From NCBI GenBank assembly GCA_052043535.1, contig JBQEQW010000012.1:21560-85559 (forward strand): a DNA stretch of 64,000 nucleotides, given 5' to 3'. Under the pieces are notes generated by a model that saw only the letters and a program-made list of their open reading frames with translations, made no database searches and had not been told where the DNA came from. Of this stretch, positions 28,973 through 39,508 are shown in pieces. The stretch is from Anaplasma sp. GTDB lineage: Bacteria > Pseudomonadota > Alphaproteobacteria > Rickettsiales > Anaplasmataceae. The position numbers and the translations under genes were made by a program. Every line of letters starts with the position of its first letter. Positions within the stretch are counted from its first letter, which is position 1.

Positions 28973-29187
28973 AAACTACAACCTTCTCCTTCCACAACAA
29001 AAGTCCAACATGCTAGCACATAACTGGAGCTATATCAACCAAAATAAGGCGAGCAGCGCCCCTTAAGTACCCCACTACCGTTTACATTCTAGTAACTTGC
29101 AGACCTCTCGGTAACACCCTGTCAGCCATGCACAAGTCCGCAACACCTACACACTGCACGCAAAGGCCGTGACATTCCGCAAGCTGA

Positions 29188-30198
29188 CTAGAGATACTCG
29201 TCGATTAGAAGTTTTGTAATCTGCACCAGATTCAGGGCTGCCCCCTTTCTGAGGTTATCCGACACAACCCACATGCTCAACCCATGGGGCACAGTCTTGT
29301 CCTCCCGGATTCTCGAAACATAAACCCCGTCATCGTCAACACAGTCCACGGGAGTGGCGTACATCATGTCGCTGTGATGATCAATCACAAAAACCCCGGG
29401 GGCCTCTCTTAGCACGTCGCATGCCTCTTCCCTGGAGATACTGTTATGGAATTCCACATGCAGGGCCTGCGAATGACACACGAACACAGGGACCCGGACA
29501 CAGGTCGCAACAACCTCTACGCCGTCATCCATGATTTTTTTAGTCTCAGCCGACATCTTCAACTCCTCATCAGTTGACCCACAGCTCATTAGCTCTCCAA
29601 CCTGTGGAATACAGTTGAAGGATATCTGCTTCGGGAACTCACTCGATTTTACCTTCATGTCCATGAACATAGACTTTGTCTGAGAGTAAAGCTCCGACAT
29701 CGCCTCCTTGCCCACGCCAGAGACCGATTGGTATGTAGAAGCAACGATCCTCTTGATCTTGGCCATTTTGTGTAAAGGGTTAAGCGCCACCAGCATCTGC
29801 GTCGTGGAACAGTTGGGACTGGCTACTACGTTCCTGCGCGTGTACGCGGCTAAGGCGTCCCTATTTACCTCTGGAACCACCAAAGGTACATCTTCCTCCA
29901 TGCGAAAGAAAGAGGAACCGTCTATAACGACACAACCGCACTCCACTGCTTCAGGGACGTACCTGGCCGACACCTCGCTGCCCGCAGCAAAAATTGCGAC
30001 CGGAGTATCACGAAAATCGTACCCACCGAGGTGGGCGCACCGCACCTCCTCTTCCTCCCCATAACTAAGGCGTTTACCCACAGAGTCAGCAGAGGCAAGC
30101 GCGACCACATCTCGAACCGGGAAGCCAACTTCACTCAAGACCTTGAGCACCAACCGGCCTACACTCCCGGTAGCCCCAACTACAACTATCGGACCCAT
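29188..30198 (-). CDS. asd: aspartate-semialdehyde dehydrogenase
   Basis: The N-terminal VVGATGSVGR Rossmann motif and the active-site SPNCSTT. Confidence 0.9.
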   Translation of the reverse strand: MGPIVVVGATGSVGRLVLKVLSEVGFPVRDVVALASADSVGKRLSYGEEEEVRCAHLGGYDFRDTPVAIFAAGSEVSARYVPEAVECGCVVIDGSSFFRMEEDVPLVVPEVNRDALAAYTRRNVVASPNCSTTQMLVALNPLHKMAKIKRIVASTYQSVSGVGKEAMSELYSQTKSMFMDMKVKSSEFPKQISFNCIPQVGELMSCGSTDEELKMSAETKKIMDDGVEVVATCVRVPVFVCHSQALHVEFHNSISREEACDVLREAPGVFVIDHHSDMMYATPVDCVDDDGVYVSRIREDKTVPHGLSMWVVSDNLRKGAALNLVQITKLLIDEYL

Positions 30199-30200
30199 AC

Positions 30201-30509
30201 CTAGAAGTAGCAGGACATCAGCGAGCTTATAGAACCCTTGCTGTGCTCCGCGGACTTCCTGAACGCATCGTCAAACGCAGCCTTAATCAGGTCTTCCACC
30301 ATGAAAGCCTTGCCCCCCAGAAGGGATGGATCAACCTTAACTTCCAGGACCCTATATTCCACAAAGTTCGAGAGTAGTATCTTCACAGAAACCCTACCAC
30401 CGAGCGACTGACCGTCAAACAACTTAGGCTCCTGGTGTACACAGAACTCCGAAAGCTTCTTCCTAACAGCACTCTGCAAATCTAGAAACTTCTGTTCGTC
30501 AAAGGACAT
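30201..30509 (-). CDS. ybaB: nucleoid-associated protein YbaB/EbfC
   Basis: 102 aa, directly downstream of dnaX as in most bacteria. Confidence 0.85.
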   Translation of the reverse strand: MSFDEQKFLDLQSAVRKKLSEFCVHQEPKLFDGQSLGGRVSVKILLSNFVEYRVLEVKVDPSLLGGKAFMVEDLIKAAFDDAFRKSAEHSKGSISSLMSCYF

Positions 30510-30514
30510 AAAAA

Positions 30515-32050
30515 CTACTCGCTAGATACTAAACCACAAAAGCCCACAACCGAGGCGCCTTCAAAATCTCGCATCACGCTCATGACGGTCTCATCCTCCT
30601 CGGGATTGTACACCCTATCAGAGCCATTTACACCATTTTTTTTCTCATTCACTTCGTATAGATCCCCGTCCGCTACCTTTGGAGCCTCGGTAGGCTTGTT
30701 TGCCTCAACTCGAGGCGGCACCAGGCCATCTCCTCTCACTTCTGGACAAAATTTTTGGGGTAAACCTGCAGCATCCACTTCTCCTTCAACTTTTTTTTTA
30801 GACGTAACGGAAGGCACTTTGTCCGACTCACTAGCAAGCAAAAGCCCAGCTATTTTTTGGGGAGAAGGAAGCCCGCTCAGGTAGCACAGTCTGATCACTA
30901 CCATTTCTCCGGCCTGTTGCGTATCTTCAGCATTCTTCACTTCCTGTATTCCATTGGCTAGCACCTGCCAGACACGAGAGAGGAAAGAAGTAGAATCCGC
31001 CCTGGAAGCCGACAATATCTTATCTCCAAAGTTGGGTTTATGCTCCTTGCTTACAGATGCGACGCACAACTCGTACACGATTGACTGGATCCCCTCCAGC
31101 ACAGATATTGGCAGACTTTGTGCACACAACTTCCTAAAAACCTGCACTGCCTCTGAAGCCTCAGCCTCCAGGATGCACCTGGTCACGTTCTCTATCAGAT
31201 CTTTATCAACGCACCCCAATAGAACTCGAACACCCTCAACGCGGATGTTATTTTTCGTGTAGATGAAGGACTGTTCGAGCAAGAAGAGCGCACTCCGCAC
31301 GGATCCTGAGGAGTTTTCCGCTATCAACCTTAACCCGTCTCTATCATAGGTCATACCCTCTTTCTCGGCGATCCTTACCAGATGCTCGAACAGCTGGTTA
31401 ACGGACAGCCGCAACAGGTCCAACCTCTGGCATCGGGAAGCCACAGTCACCGGCACTTTCCTAGCTTCGGTGGTGGCCATGATAAACCTAACATGCTGCG
31501 CGGGGTCTTCTAGCGTCTTCAAAAGCGCATTGAAGGCGCTTATTGATAGCATGTGTACCTCGTCTATTATGTAGACCTTGAACCTGGAAGACGTGGGCAG
31601 GTAACGTGAATTTTCCAGCAAGCTTCTGATATCGTCCACGCCTGTATTGCTGGCCGCGTCTATCTCTATCACATCCGGGCTGGCAGAGCCTCTGATGGCA
31701 ATACAGCTACTACAGGTTCCACACGGATCCTGCACTGGACCGTTCTGACAGTTAAGGCACAGCGCGACGATCCTGGCGCACGTAGTCTTCCCAACCCCAC
31801 TCGCACCGACCATCAACAAGGGGGAACTCAAAGACCCAACCGCGAAGGAGTTCTTTAAAATCCTCACCAAAACGTCCTGGCCAACCAAGTCATCAAAGCA
31901 ACGCGGCCTGTACTTAAGCGCCAAATTCACTGCTGCACTCAGAATGTTCGCGGGAGGCACAACCCGGAAAGACAACGTTACGGCTGCTTTATCTCTAACC
32001 TGACCGACTTCACGTGCAGCCCGCTCGCACCACCCTGGCCACTCTATCAT
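30515..32050 (-). CDS. dnaX: DNA polymerase III subunit gamma/tau
   Basis: KYRPRCFDDLVGQ, GASGVGKTT, a Zn-module CGTCSSC and the SRC motif. The first ~40 codons precede the conserved N-terminus, so GTG near 31930 is an alternative start. Confidence 0.9.
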   Translation of the reverse strand: MIEWPGWCERAAREVGQVRDKAAVTLSFRVVPPANILSAAVNLALKYRPRCFDDLVGQDVLVRILKNSFAVGSLSSPLLMVGASGVGKTTCARIVALCLNCQNGPVQDPCGTCSSCIAIRGSASPDVIEIDAASNTGVDDIRSLLENSRYLPTSSRFKVYIIDEVHMLSISAFNALLKTLEDPAQHVRFIMATTEARKVPVTVASRCQRLDLLRLSVNQLFEHLVRIAEKEGMTYDRDGLRLIAENSSGSVRSALFLLEQSFIYTKNNIRVEGVRVLLGCVDKDLIENVTRCILEAEASEAVQVFRKLCAQSLPISVLEGIQSIVYELCVASVSKEHKPNFGDKILSASRADSTSFLSRVWQVLANGIQEVKNAEDTQQAGEMVVIRLCYLSGLPSPQKIAGLLLASESDKVPSVTSKKKVEGEVDAAGLPQKFCPEVRGDGLVPPRVEANKPTEAPKVADGDLYEVNEKKNGVNGSDRVYNPEEDETVMSVMRDFEGASVVGFCGLVSSE

Positions 32051-32108
32051 AGTTGCTTTAAAAACTCAATTAGATTCAGATTTACGCCACCAGCACCGAT
32101 ACCGTGAA

Positions 32109-33113
32109 TTACACAAACCGAGATAGTTCCCTAGCAACGTCCACCATCCTCCAGGCAAAAGCCCACTCGTTGTCATACCAAGCCAGTACCCTAGAGACAT
32201 TGCTGCCGTTTGTGTATGTCTCAAGCAAGTCAAAAACCGCACTATAGCTAGTATGATTAAAATCTGACGATACAAGAGGCTCGTTGGATGCCAAGAGCAC
32301 TCCAGGTCGTGAGGCAGCTGCCTCGGACAAAGCGTAGTTGATGCGCCTTTTATCGGCATTAGTAGAGGTCACAAAAACGCAGTCGACTACTGAAACGTTG
32401 GGAGTGGGCACCCTGATGGAGGAGGCGGCAAGTTTCCCCGCAAGGTGCGGAAAGAGTTTCTCTAGAGCCTTTGAAGCCCCAGTGGTTGTTGGAATCATAG
32501 ACATTCCGCACGCTCTTGCCCTTCTGAGGTCTTTGTGACTCCCGTCAACATGGTTTTGATCGTTAGTATACGCATGTACGGTGGTTATAAACCCGCCTTC
32601 TATGCCGAACTTTCCGTCTATAACCCTCACAGCATGCGCGGCACAGTTTGTGGTACATGATCCCACGGACACCACATTATGCTCGCCGGTGACCTCCGCC
32701 TCGTTAATCCCGAATATCACCTGCAGATCGGCATCAGAAACCGGGGCCGAAACCACCACCTTTTTCACAGTATCTCCAAGATGCTGAGCAGATAATTCTC
32801 GGCTGTTAAACTTTCCAGTGCATTCAAATACTATATCCACACCCGCATCCCCCCAGGGAATGTTTTCGGGCAGCAACTCCCTAAAAAACTGAACGGTCCT
32901 GCCTCTGACAACTAACCCATCGTCACCCCGTGCACTAATTTCACCTACAAAATTACCGTGCACTGAGTCATGCTTGAGTAGATGACAGTGAACGCCAATA
33001 TCAGACGACCCGTTAACCGCAATTAACTCCACTGGCAACCATGAATTTTCACACAATATGCGAAATAGGCACCTACCCACTCTACCCAGTCCGTTTATCC
33101 CCACCTTGACCAC
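32109..33113 (-). CDS. gap: glyceraldehyde-3-phosphate dehydrogenase
   Basis: VGINGLGRVGR and the catalytic SCTTNC. Confidence 0.9.
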   Translation of the reverse strand: MVKVGINGLGRVGRCLFRILCENSWLPVELIAVNGSSDIGVHCHLLKHDSVHGNFVGEISARGDDGLVVRGRTVQFFRELLPENIPWGDAGVDIVFECTGKFNSRELSAQHLGDTVKKVVVSAPVSDADLQVIFGINEAEVTGEHNVVSVGSCTTNCAAHAVRVIDGKFGIEGGFITTVHAYTNDQNHVDGSHKDLRRARACGMSMIPTTTGASKALEKLFPHLAGKLAASSIRVPTPNVSVVDCVFVTSTNADKRRINYALSEAAASRPGVLLASNEPLVSSDFNHTSYSAVFDLLETYTNGSNVSRVLAWYDNEWAFAWRMVDVARELSRFV

Positions 33114-33486
33114 AAGATTTACGAAATTTAAACACCTTCCACTAATCTGCCATCGTTACCGGGTTCTCGCAATTAATTCGTAACCCAATGCAGTGTGGTC
33201 CCGGTGTACGTCCCACTGACTTTACACCAGCCAATATATCGTGGATAATAGTACGGCATAGTTAAGGTGGGAGCTTGGGTAGGGGTTGTGTGCAGCGCGT
33301 CGCTGCTGGTATCGGCCTTGGCCGGGCAATTACCGCCACAGGTGGCTTACCGGGACGCCTGCAGGGGTGAGTTTCTAGCATAAAACTCGCCTCTTCGTGG
33401 CCCGCGTTTTGGCGGCCGTAGAGGCGAACGTGTAAAGAAACAAGGAATCGTGCTAGTATTTTCTGTACGCGATCGAGGTTCATGAA

Positions 33487-34443
33487 ATGTCGGTATCTGT
33501 TGACATTCACAGAAGGCTGCTGAAAGTCGAGAAGCTAAACTACGTGAGGCATTGCTGCTCACTGTTCACCCTGAGCGTGTTGTTTGTCATGTTTCTCGTC
33601 TTTGCACTGGCTCAGGCTGGCGTGCTTTCCGGACTTGGTAGCGCTGCACCCAACTTTTGGATAGCTTTTGAATGTCTGGGGGCATTGCTCTCGCTTACTG
33701 GGTTCGCTTTGGCTGCGCTTCTGGTCTTCAAGGTGGAAGCGGAAAAGCGCAAGATAGCGTCAAGGATTGAGCGCGAATATATTCAAAGGGGCATGCAAAG
33801 TGCTCTTGCACGCGAAAGGGTGGACAGGAAGTCGCTGGACCAGCTTTCTGACTTCATTGAAGGACATGCGTCAAAGCTGGACCTTGTTGCATCTACGCTC
33901 TTTGCCATTATGACACTGGTATCTGTAGGGTTTTTGCTATCTTCCGGAATAAACTTTTCCACAGCCTATACGGTCGGCAGTACGAAGATGGGGGCGACCC
34001 ACGTTACTGACATAATAGCTAACTCGTTGCACCTAATAGCCTCCCTAGGGTTCACAGTGTCTATGGCGATCATGCACAGAAAGGCTCCAAGGCGCACCGA
34101 GAACATGGCAAAGCAAGAGAGGCTGATGTTACTGCTTCTCTCCGGGAGTTTCTTGCTTTTGGCAGGAAAGGTGGTCGTTACACTGGAATCGGTAGGGACC
34201 GTAGAGGGCTCTACTTTGTCTACTGGGGGGACATTCCCTATTGGTTGGTCCATACGTCTGGTTGGGATCGCATTGACCATAGTGGGAGTGTACCTCATCG
34301 TTAACGCAACTTCGGAAAAGTGCGCGCAATTCAAAAAGGTGGTAGAAAGCGGCTATGGGGCAGAGGAGAGATTGGCAACTCTGTCAATCCATGAAGTAAG
34401 GTCTTGCTTCGGTTACAGCGAGTGCGGTGCCCTACCCAGATGA
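33487..34443 (+). CDS. hypothetical multi-pass membrane protein
   Basis: 318-aa ORF with about 6 hydrophobic helices, the first two closely paired. No family recognised. Confidence 0.55.
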   Translation: MSVSVDIHRRLLKVEKLNYVRHCCSLFTLSVLFVMFLVFALAQAGVLSGLGSAAPNFWIAFECLGALLSLTGFALAALLVFKVEAEKRKIASRIEREYIQRGMQSALARERVDRKSLDQLSDFIEGHASKLDLVASTLFAIMTLVSVGFLLSSGINFSTAYTVGSTKMGATHVTDIIANSLHLIASLGFTVSMAIMHRKAPRRTENMAKQERLMLLLLSGSFLLLAGKVVVTLESVGTVEGSTLSTGGTFPIGWSIRLVGIALTIVGVYLIVNATSEKCAQFKKVVESGYGAEERLATLSIHEVRSCFGYSECGALPR

Positions 34444-35087
34444 AAGAAAGGCGTGGGGTAGTTATGAATTGCGTTGTTCTCATGGCCGGCTGTGGCCATA
34501 TGGGTGGTTCCTAGATACGCAAGTCCGTGCTTGTTTTTGGTAGAGCTGGATGGGCTGGGAGTTGAATGCAAGTGTTGCGCACAGATCTCTCACATCAAGC
34601 TATGGTGGGTCATATGTCGCGAACATTGGGGAAGTAGAGGCGTCCAAGTTTAATGTGCTGTGGTAATCCCCGGCAGGTTTGGCGTAGCCAAGAACTTTTC
34701 TAACCTATCTTGCATCTTGCAAAAAGAACGTCCCATAACCGTCGTGGGAGGAGTGAAAGCGCTTATCCAGGCTTTTCCACAAGGAGGAAAGGGTCATCGG
34801 TGAGGTATGTTATAGCTCCGGCTCTCAGTGAGATGTCAAAAGTCAAAGTTACTCTAGGAAAGGGCTCTCTGTGGGCAATGAAATACTTTCCAGGCGCGGA
34901 GGAGAGCACGAAGCGTGTCCTACTGAGAGGACTGTGTTGTGTAGATAAGCCAAACATGGTGCGCACGTGCCCGGAGTACATGCGCAACAACAAAAAACTG
35001 CATAAGGTGCATCTTGGCATACGCAAAATGGCCGAAAGCATGGCGCAGCTTTTCAGGGGAAAAGATAGACGTCCTCAAGGGTGGGTC

Positions 35088-36224
35088 CTAAGTAGCCACG
35101 AGAGGTATTCTGCGTTCCAGCGTCCGTATTCTGGAGAGTGCCATCAACATGCCGAGCATTATGCTTGTGGACACTAGAGAGGACCCCCCGTAGCTCAGGA
35201 ATGGAAGCGCTACGCCCGTGGTTGGCAGCAGGTCCAAAGCTACGCCAACGTTCACCATGAACTGCGACGAGAACTGGAAAAAAAGTCCCGCAACTGCAAC
35301 AAGCTTGAACAGGTCTATCTCCTTGTACGCAAAAATCCAAGCCCTGAGCGATATATATCCGAGAATGGAGAGAATCAGCGCACAGAATATCGCCCCAAAT
35401 TCCTCAGCAGCCAGGGAAAATACGAAGTCAGTGTGACAATCCGGCAACATTAGCTTCACAACCCCTTCTCCGGGGCCCGCACCAGCTATTCTTCCAGTCT
35501 TGAATGACTTAATCGAGTGCCATATCTGAAAGTGATTGTGGATATCAGGATCCAAGAAAATCATCACTCTCTCCTTTGTGTACGGGAGGAGTTTTAGACA
35601 CAGCAGAATGCCGGTCGTACAGAGACCTAAAATCACAAAAATCGACACGTAGGATACGCCGTACACAAACAGCTGGCCTCCCCAAATGGTGGACAGGAGC
35701 ACGAACATACTGAGATCAGGCTGAAAAAGTATAAGCGACGCCAAAAGCACGTAAAGAGCTGTGGAAGCACAATACTTAAGCTTTTCTCCCGCATGGCACA
35801 AAATCCAGGCATTCACTATCGAGAAGAATGTCTTTGAGAACTCGGACGGCTGTATAGATAACCCCAACAAAAAAAACCACCGTTTGGAGCCCTTCACCCC
35901 AGTGCCCCAGAACGCTATGTATATCAACAGCCCTACACACACCGACAGGAACAAGGCTGAGGCACCTATAATGAGCTCTTCGCTCATCACGGAGTACACA
36001 ATAACCACACAAAGTGCGATGAAGAGGTAGGTGAGGTGCCTGAACAGGAAGTAATCCCGCGGCAGCATTATCCGACCTGCTATAACGGGACCGGAGGAGG
36101 AGACGAGCATGAGGCTCATCAGCGACATCATTACGAAGGCCACGAACAGAGGCTTATCTACAGACCTATACCACCTGTTAAAGAACGAATTGAGTGGACT
36201 CAGCGTGCCCTCCGTGTCTTCCAT
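35088..36224 (-). CDS. SEDS-family peptidoglycan polymerase (FtsW/RodA)
   Basis: About 10 TM helices, SEFSK and the LPTTGVALPFLSYGGSS motif. Confidence 0.85.
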   Translation of the reverse strand: MEDTEGTLSPLNSFFNRWYRSVDKPLFVAFVMMSLMSLMLVSSSGPVIAGRIMLPRDYFLFRHLTYLFIALCVVIVYSVMSEELIIGASALFLSVCVGLLIYIAFWGTGVKGSKRWFFLLGLSIQPSEFSKTFFSIVNAWILCHAGEKLKYCASTALYVLLASLILFQPDLSMFVLLSTIWGGQLFVYGVSYVSIFVILGLCTTGILLCLKLLPYTKERVMIFLDPDIHNHFQIWHSIKSFKTGRIAGAGPGEGVVKLMLPDCHTDFVFSLAAEEFGAIFCALILSILGYISLRAWIFAYKEIDLFKLVAVAGLFFQFSSQFMVNVGVALDLLPTTGVALPFLSYGGSSLVSTSIMLGMLMALSRIRTLERRIPLVAT

Positions 36225-36227
36225 GCC

Positions 36228-37400
36228 TTAGCTACACACTTCCACACACCCTACGTTGAAAACTCTGGCTAAATCTAAGGAAAGATCAAGTCGCTCCCAA
36301 GAGAAACTGTCTCCTGGATCTCGGCCAAAGTGGCCATAGCAGGACGTGGGGCTGTAGACTTGGCTGAATAACGCCAGGTGCGCGCAAATTCCACTGACCG
36401 AAAGGTCAACATTTTCCCGGAGGTACTCTTCTATCTTCTCATTTGCGACAACCCCGGTCCCAAAGGTGTTGACGCCGAACGTCATAGGGTCAGGAACCCC
36501 TATGGCATAAGACATCTGCACCAGGCACTCGGTGGCCAACCCTGCATGGACTACATTTTTTGCTATGTACCTGGCCATATACGCTGCAGACCTGTCAACC
36601 TTGCTGGGATCCTTACCGGAGAAGGCTCCGCCTCCGTGAGGTATGTGCCCTCCGTAAGTATCGACCATAATTTTCCTGCCGGTAACCCCAGAATCAGCCG
36701 CCGGCCCGCCAATAACAAACCTGCCAGCCGGGTTTACCAGAAAGTCTTCGTCGCCACACATCCACCCCTCTGGCAACGACGCGACAAAGTAGGGATAGAC
36801 CAACTCTCGAACATCTTGAGGTGTTGTGCTGTCTTCGTGCTGAATCGACAGAATGGCACGGTGTACCTTTACTGGCTTGCGATTGAGGTACGCAAGCGTA
36901 ATTTCAGTCTTCGCGTCAGGGCCCAAACCAGATATCTCTCCCTTCTGAACCGCGGCAGCTATGGTTTGGAGAACGCGGTGGGAGTAGAATATCGGAGCTG
37001 GTAGCATCACCCTGGTTTCATCAACCGCATAGCCGTACATGATCCCCTGGTCACCTGCGCCTTTCTTTTCTCTGCCGGTACCCACACCCGAAACTATATC
37101 GCCGGACTGTTCGCGTATCAGCACCGTGACATTTATGGATTCCCAGTGGAAGCCTTCGGAAGCATATCCTATTGTTCGCACCGTATTGCGGACGATAGAG
37201 TCGATAGTTGCGGCATCTACTTCAACTCCGTATACCTCCCCCGCAACAACGACATTGTCCCCAGTAACCAGTGTCTCTACAGCAACGTGAGTGTAGGGAT
37301 TGACCGACAGGAAGTGGTCCAGCACTTCATCCGATATTCTATCTGCAACCTTATCTGGGTGACCGTGAGAAACAGACTCACTAGTGAGAAAGTAACGCAT
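36228..37400 (-). CDS. metK: S-adenosylmethionine synthase
   Basis: SESVSHGHPDKVADRISD, GAGDQG and GGGAFSGKD motifs. The ATG at 37400 gives the canonical N-terminus; the ORF opens at 37427. Confidence 0.95.
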   Translation of the reverse strand: MRYFLTSESVSHGHPDKVADRISDEVLDHFLSVNPYTHVAVETLVTGDNVVVAGEVYGVEVDAATIDSIVRNTVRTIGYASEGFHWESINVTVLIREQSGDIVSGVGTGREKKGAGDQGIMYGYAVDETRVMLPAPIFYSHRVLQTIAAAVQKGEISGLGPDAKTEITLAYLNRKPVKVHRAILSIQHEDSTTPQDVRELVYPYFVASLPEGWMCGDEDFLVNPAGRFVIGGPAADSGVTGRKIMVDTYGGHIPHGGGAFSGKDPSKVDRSAAYMARYIAKNVVHAGLATECLVQMSYAIGVPDPMTFGVNTFGTGVVANEKIEEYLRENVDLSVSGICAHLALFSQVYSPTSCYGHFGRDPGDSFSWERLDLSLDLARVFNVGCVEVCS

Positions 37401-37572
37401 ACTGATGTCATAACTACAACGCCCCAACCGGACTTGAACCGGGAAATAGCCACGTGTCCGAGGAACACGGAGGTCAACTTATACACAAACCGCGAGTATT
37501 GTAAAGCCAGAAGTCGTTAATCTGGCAAGCTATTGACGGCAAAACTTAAATGTGCGAGCCTCGTGTAAGAGG

Positions 37573-37646
37573 GTGCCCGTAGCTCAGCTGGATAGAGCAG
37601 CAGCCTTCTAAGCTGCTGGTCAGGGGTTCAAGTCCCTTCGGGCACA
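37573..37646 (+). tRNA. tRNA-Arg (anticodon TCT)
   Basis: Cloverleaf folded by hand: 7-bp acceptor gtgcccg/cgggcac, D-arm gctc..gagc, anticodon stem gcagc/gctgc with loop cTTCTaa, and T-arm agggg-ttcaagt-ccctt. 74 nt; no encoded CCA. Confidence 0.9.
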
Positions 37647-37681
37647 TCCGTTACGCAAGTCTCTGGCTGGGAGTTACTTTA

Positions 37682-38845
37682 GTGACGAGCTATTATGATG
37701 CTGTAATTCTTGGGGGAGGAGTAAACGGGGTGCTGGCCGGGGCGGGGCTGGCACAATGCGGTATATCCTCTGCAATAGTTGAACAAAAACAAGATCTGCT
37801 TGGCAACCTAGAGAACAGAGTTTTCGCCGTATCAAAAAAATCCAAAGATATTTTTACCCACTTCGGGGTGTGGCAGCCCTGTGACGCTCCCATAAAAGAC
37901 ATACTCATTTTCGACGGCAATTGCAGTTCGTCAGTTCACTACAATCACAGAACAGTGGGCGAAGAACCCATGGGCTATATTGTGTCCGGAGGGGAACTAT
38001 CCTCCATGTTAAGGACAAAAGTGCATAAATTAGACAAGTTCACCTCTTCATCATACACCTCAGTTGCGATGCGGGACGGGTTCCTGGAGGTTACTCTATC
38101 GGACGGGAAAAAACTGACAGCGATGCTGGTAATCTGCGCAGAAGGCAAGAACTCAAAATTTCGTGCGATGGCCGCAATTGAAACTCTGTATTACGATTAC
38201 GGTCAAAGTTGTATTACGTGTAACGTCAAACATAGCGAGCACCATCGCAACATTGCGGTGGAACACTTTTTCCAAGGTGGTCCGTTTGCTATTCTTCCTA
38301 TGGGTGGTGGGCACAAATCATCCATCGTGTGGACAGAAAAATCTGAAATCGCCGCACTGCTGGCGAAGTTGCCGCCACACGAATTCGAAGCTGAGCTGCG
38401 TAAAAAATGCACGGAACATCTAGGAAAAAACGTAAGCGTAGATGGTGAAGTGCTTTGCTACCCAATCTCAATGACCTTGGCAAAGACACAGTATGCTCGG
38501 AGGGCTCTTCTGGTAGGCGATGCCTTTCATTGCATTCACCCAATTGCGGGACAGGGGCTAAACATTGGGATTAGAGACATAGGGGCCACCGTTGAGATCC
38601 TGGGTAAGTACAATTCCTTGGGATCAGATATAGGTCAAGACTTTGTCTTGCAAGAAATAGAGGACTGTAGGTTTATAGACAACTTTTCGATGTCAGTAGC
38701 AACCACAGGAACGAATGCGATCTTCTCCAGCCGTTCTACGGTCTTTAAGGTTGTGCGAACCGCTATTATGACAGCTGTAGAAATGTCTCCCCTGGTCAAG
38801 AAAGAGCTCATCAGTCATGCCATGGGGATCAGCGCAATGTGCTAG
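37682..38845 (+). CDS. UbiH/UbiF/Coq6-family FAD-dependent ubiquinone hydroxylase
   Basis: The N-terminal dinucleotide fold ILGGGVNG and the conserved LVGDAFHCIHPIAGQGLN motif. Confidence 0.85.
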   Translation: MTSYYDAVILGGGVNGVLAGAGLAQCGISSAIVEQKQDLLGNLENRVFAVSKKSKDIFTHFGVWQPCDAPIKDILIFDGNCSSSVHYNHRTVGEEPMGYIVSGGELSSMLRTKVHKLDKFTSSSYTSVAMRDGFLEVTLSDGKKLTAMLVICAEGKNSKFRAMAAIETLYYDYGQSCITCNVKHSEHHRNIAVEHFFQGGPFAILPMGGGHKSSIVWTEKSEIAALLAKLPPHEFEAELRKKCTEHLGKNVSVDGEVLCYPISMTLAKTQYARRALLVGDAFHCIHPIAGQGLNIGIRDIGATVEILGKYNSLGSDIGQDFVLQEIEDCRFIDNFSMSVATTGTNAIFSSRSTVFKVVRTAIMTAVEMSPLVKKELISHAMGISAMC

Positions 38846-39444
38846 CAGCGACGAAGCCGGACTTCCCGCTTTTTGTCCTTCATGCGCAGCGCGCTGCGCA
38901 TGAAATCATCCATTCTGCCACTTATCTTGATCAGTGAAGATTTTTTCATTGACCTCAAGTCGTCCTTCGACAGTTCCGTGCCGGACATAATGGTATTTAA
39001 CATCTCGTTTAGGCTCTCATCAACCGTTGAGAGCACACCGTCCTTTTTCTCCAATATTTCCTCGCCTGCCCCCAGACTGATCTCCTTCATGACCTCGCAG
39101 CGTGCCTTGACGCTCCTTTTTCTCCTCGTACGTAGCTTGCGCAACGAACTTAGGAGCCTTTGGGGCAGTTTGCTCCACTGTAGATTAAAAAAAAGGTACC
39201 ACTGCACCATGAGAGTGGTCAACGCAACCAGGAACAGCTTGACGCACCTCCCATAAGACACAAACTCCTTGTTGTGCAAATACCACTTTATCAACACGTA
39301 CGCCCGGTTTATTAAGTGCACCGGCTCCCTAAACAGAAGGAGGCCTTTCCATCCATCGTGGAGCATCGCAAACGCGACCGAAACCACATACGCGTAGACA
39401 AACATGAAGATCAGTCTGCCTATAATCTTGTCAAAGTTGCACAT
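38842..39444 (-). CDS. hypothetical membrane protein with highly basic/charged C-terminal half
   Basis: ORF track gives 38842..39537, but its first 29 nt overlap tRNA-Gln on the same strand. The ATG at 39444 (MCNFDKII) is the first start clear of the tRNA. Has 3 hydrophobic helices followed by a K/R/E-rich region. Confidence 0.5.
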   Translation of the reverse strand: MCNFDKIIGRLIFMFVYAYVVSVAFAMLHDGWKGLLLFREPVHLINRAYVLIKWYLHNKEFVSYGRCVKLFLVALTTLMVQWYLFFNLQWSKLPQRLLSSLRKLRTRRKRSVKARCEVMKEISLGAGEEILEKKDGVLSTVDESLNEMLNTIMSGTELSKDDLRSMKKSSLIKISGRMDDFMRSALRMKDKKREVRLRRC

Positions 39445-39508
39445 CACGTGGGAGAACACGAGGAACCGCAAGAGAGACACACACCCTCCATCAACAAGCA
39501 CGGGAAAG

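Noticed and set aside
34710-35177. 155-aa plus-strand ORF overlapping the 3' end of the SEDS gene and an antisense 92-aa ORF.
   Set aside because: It overlaps a confident gene, has no SD, is C/R/H-rich, and mutually excludes the antisense ORF.
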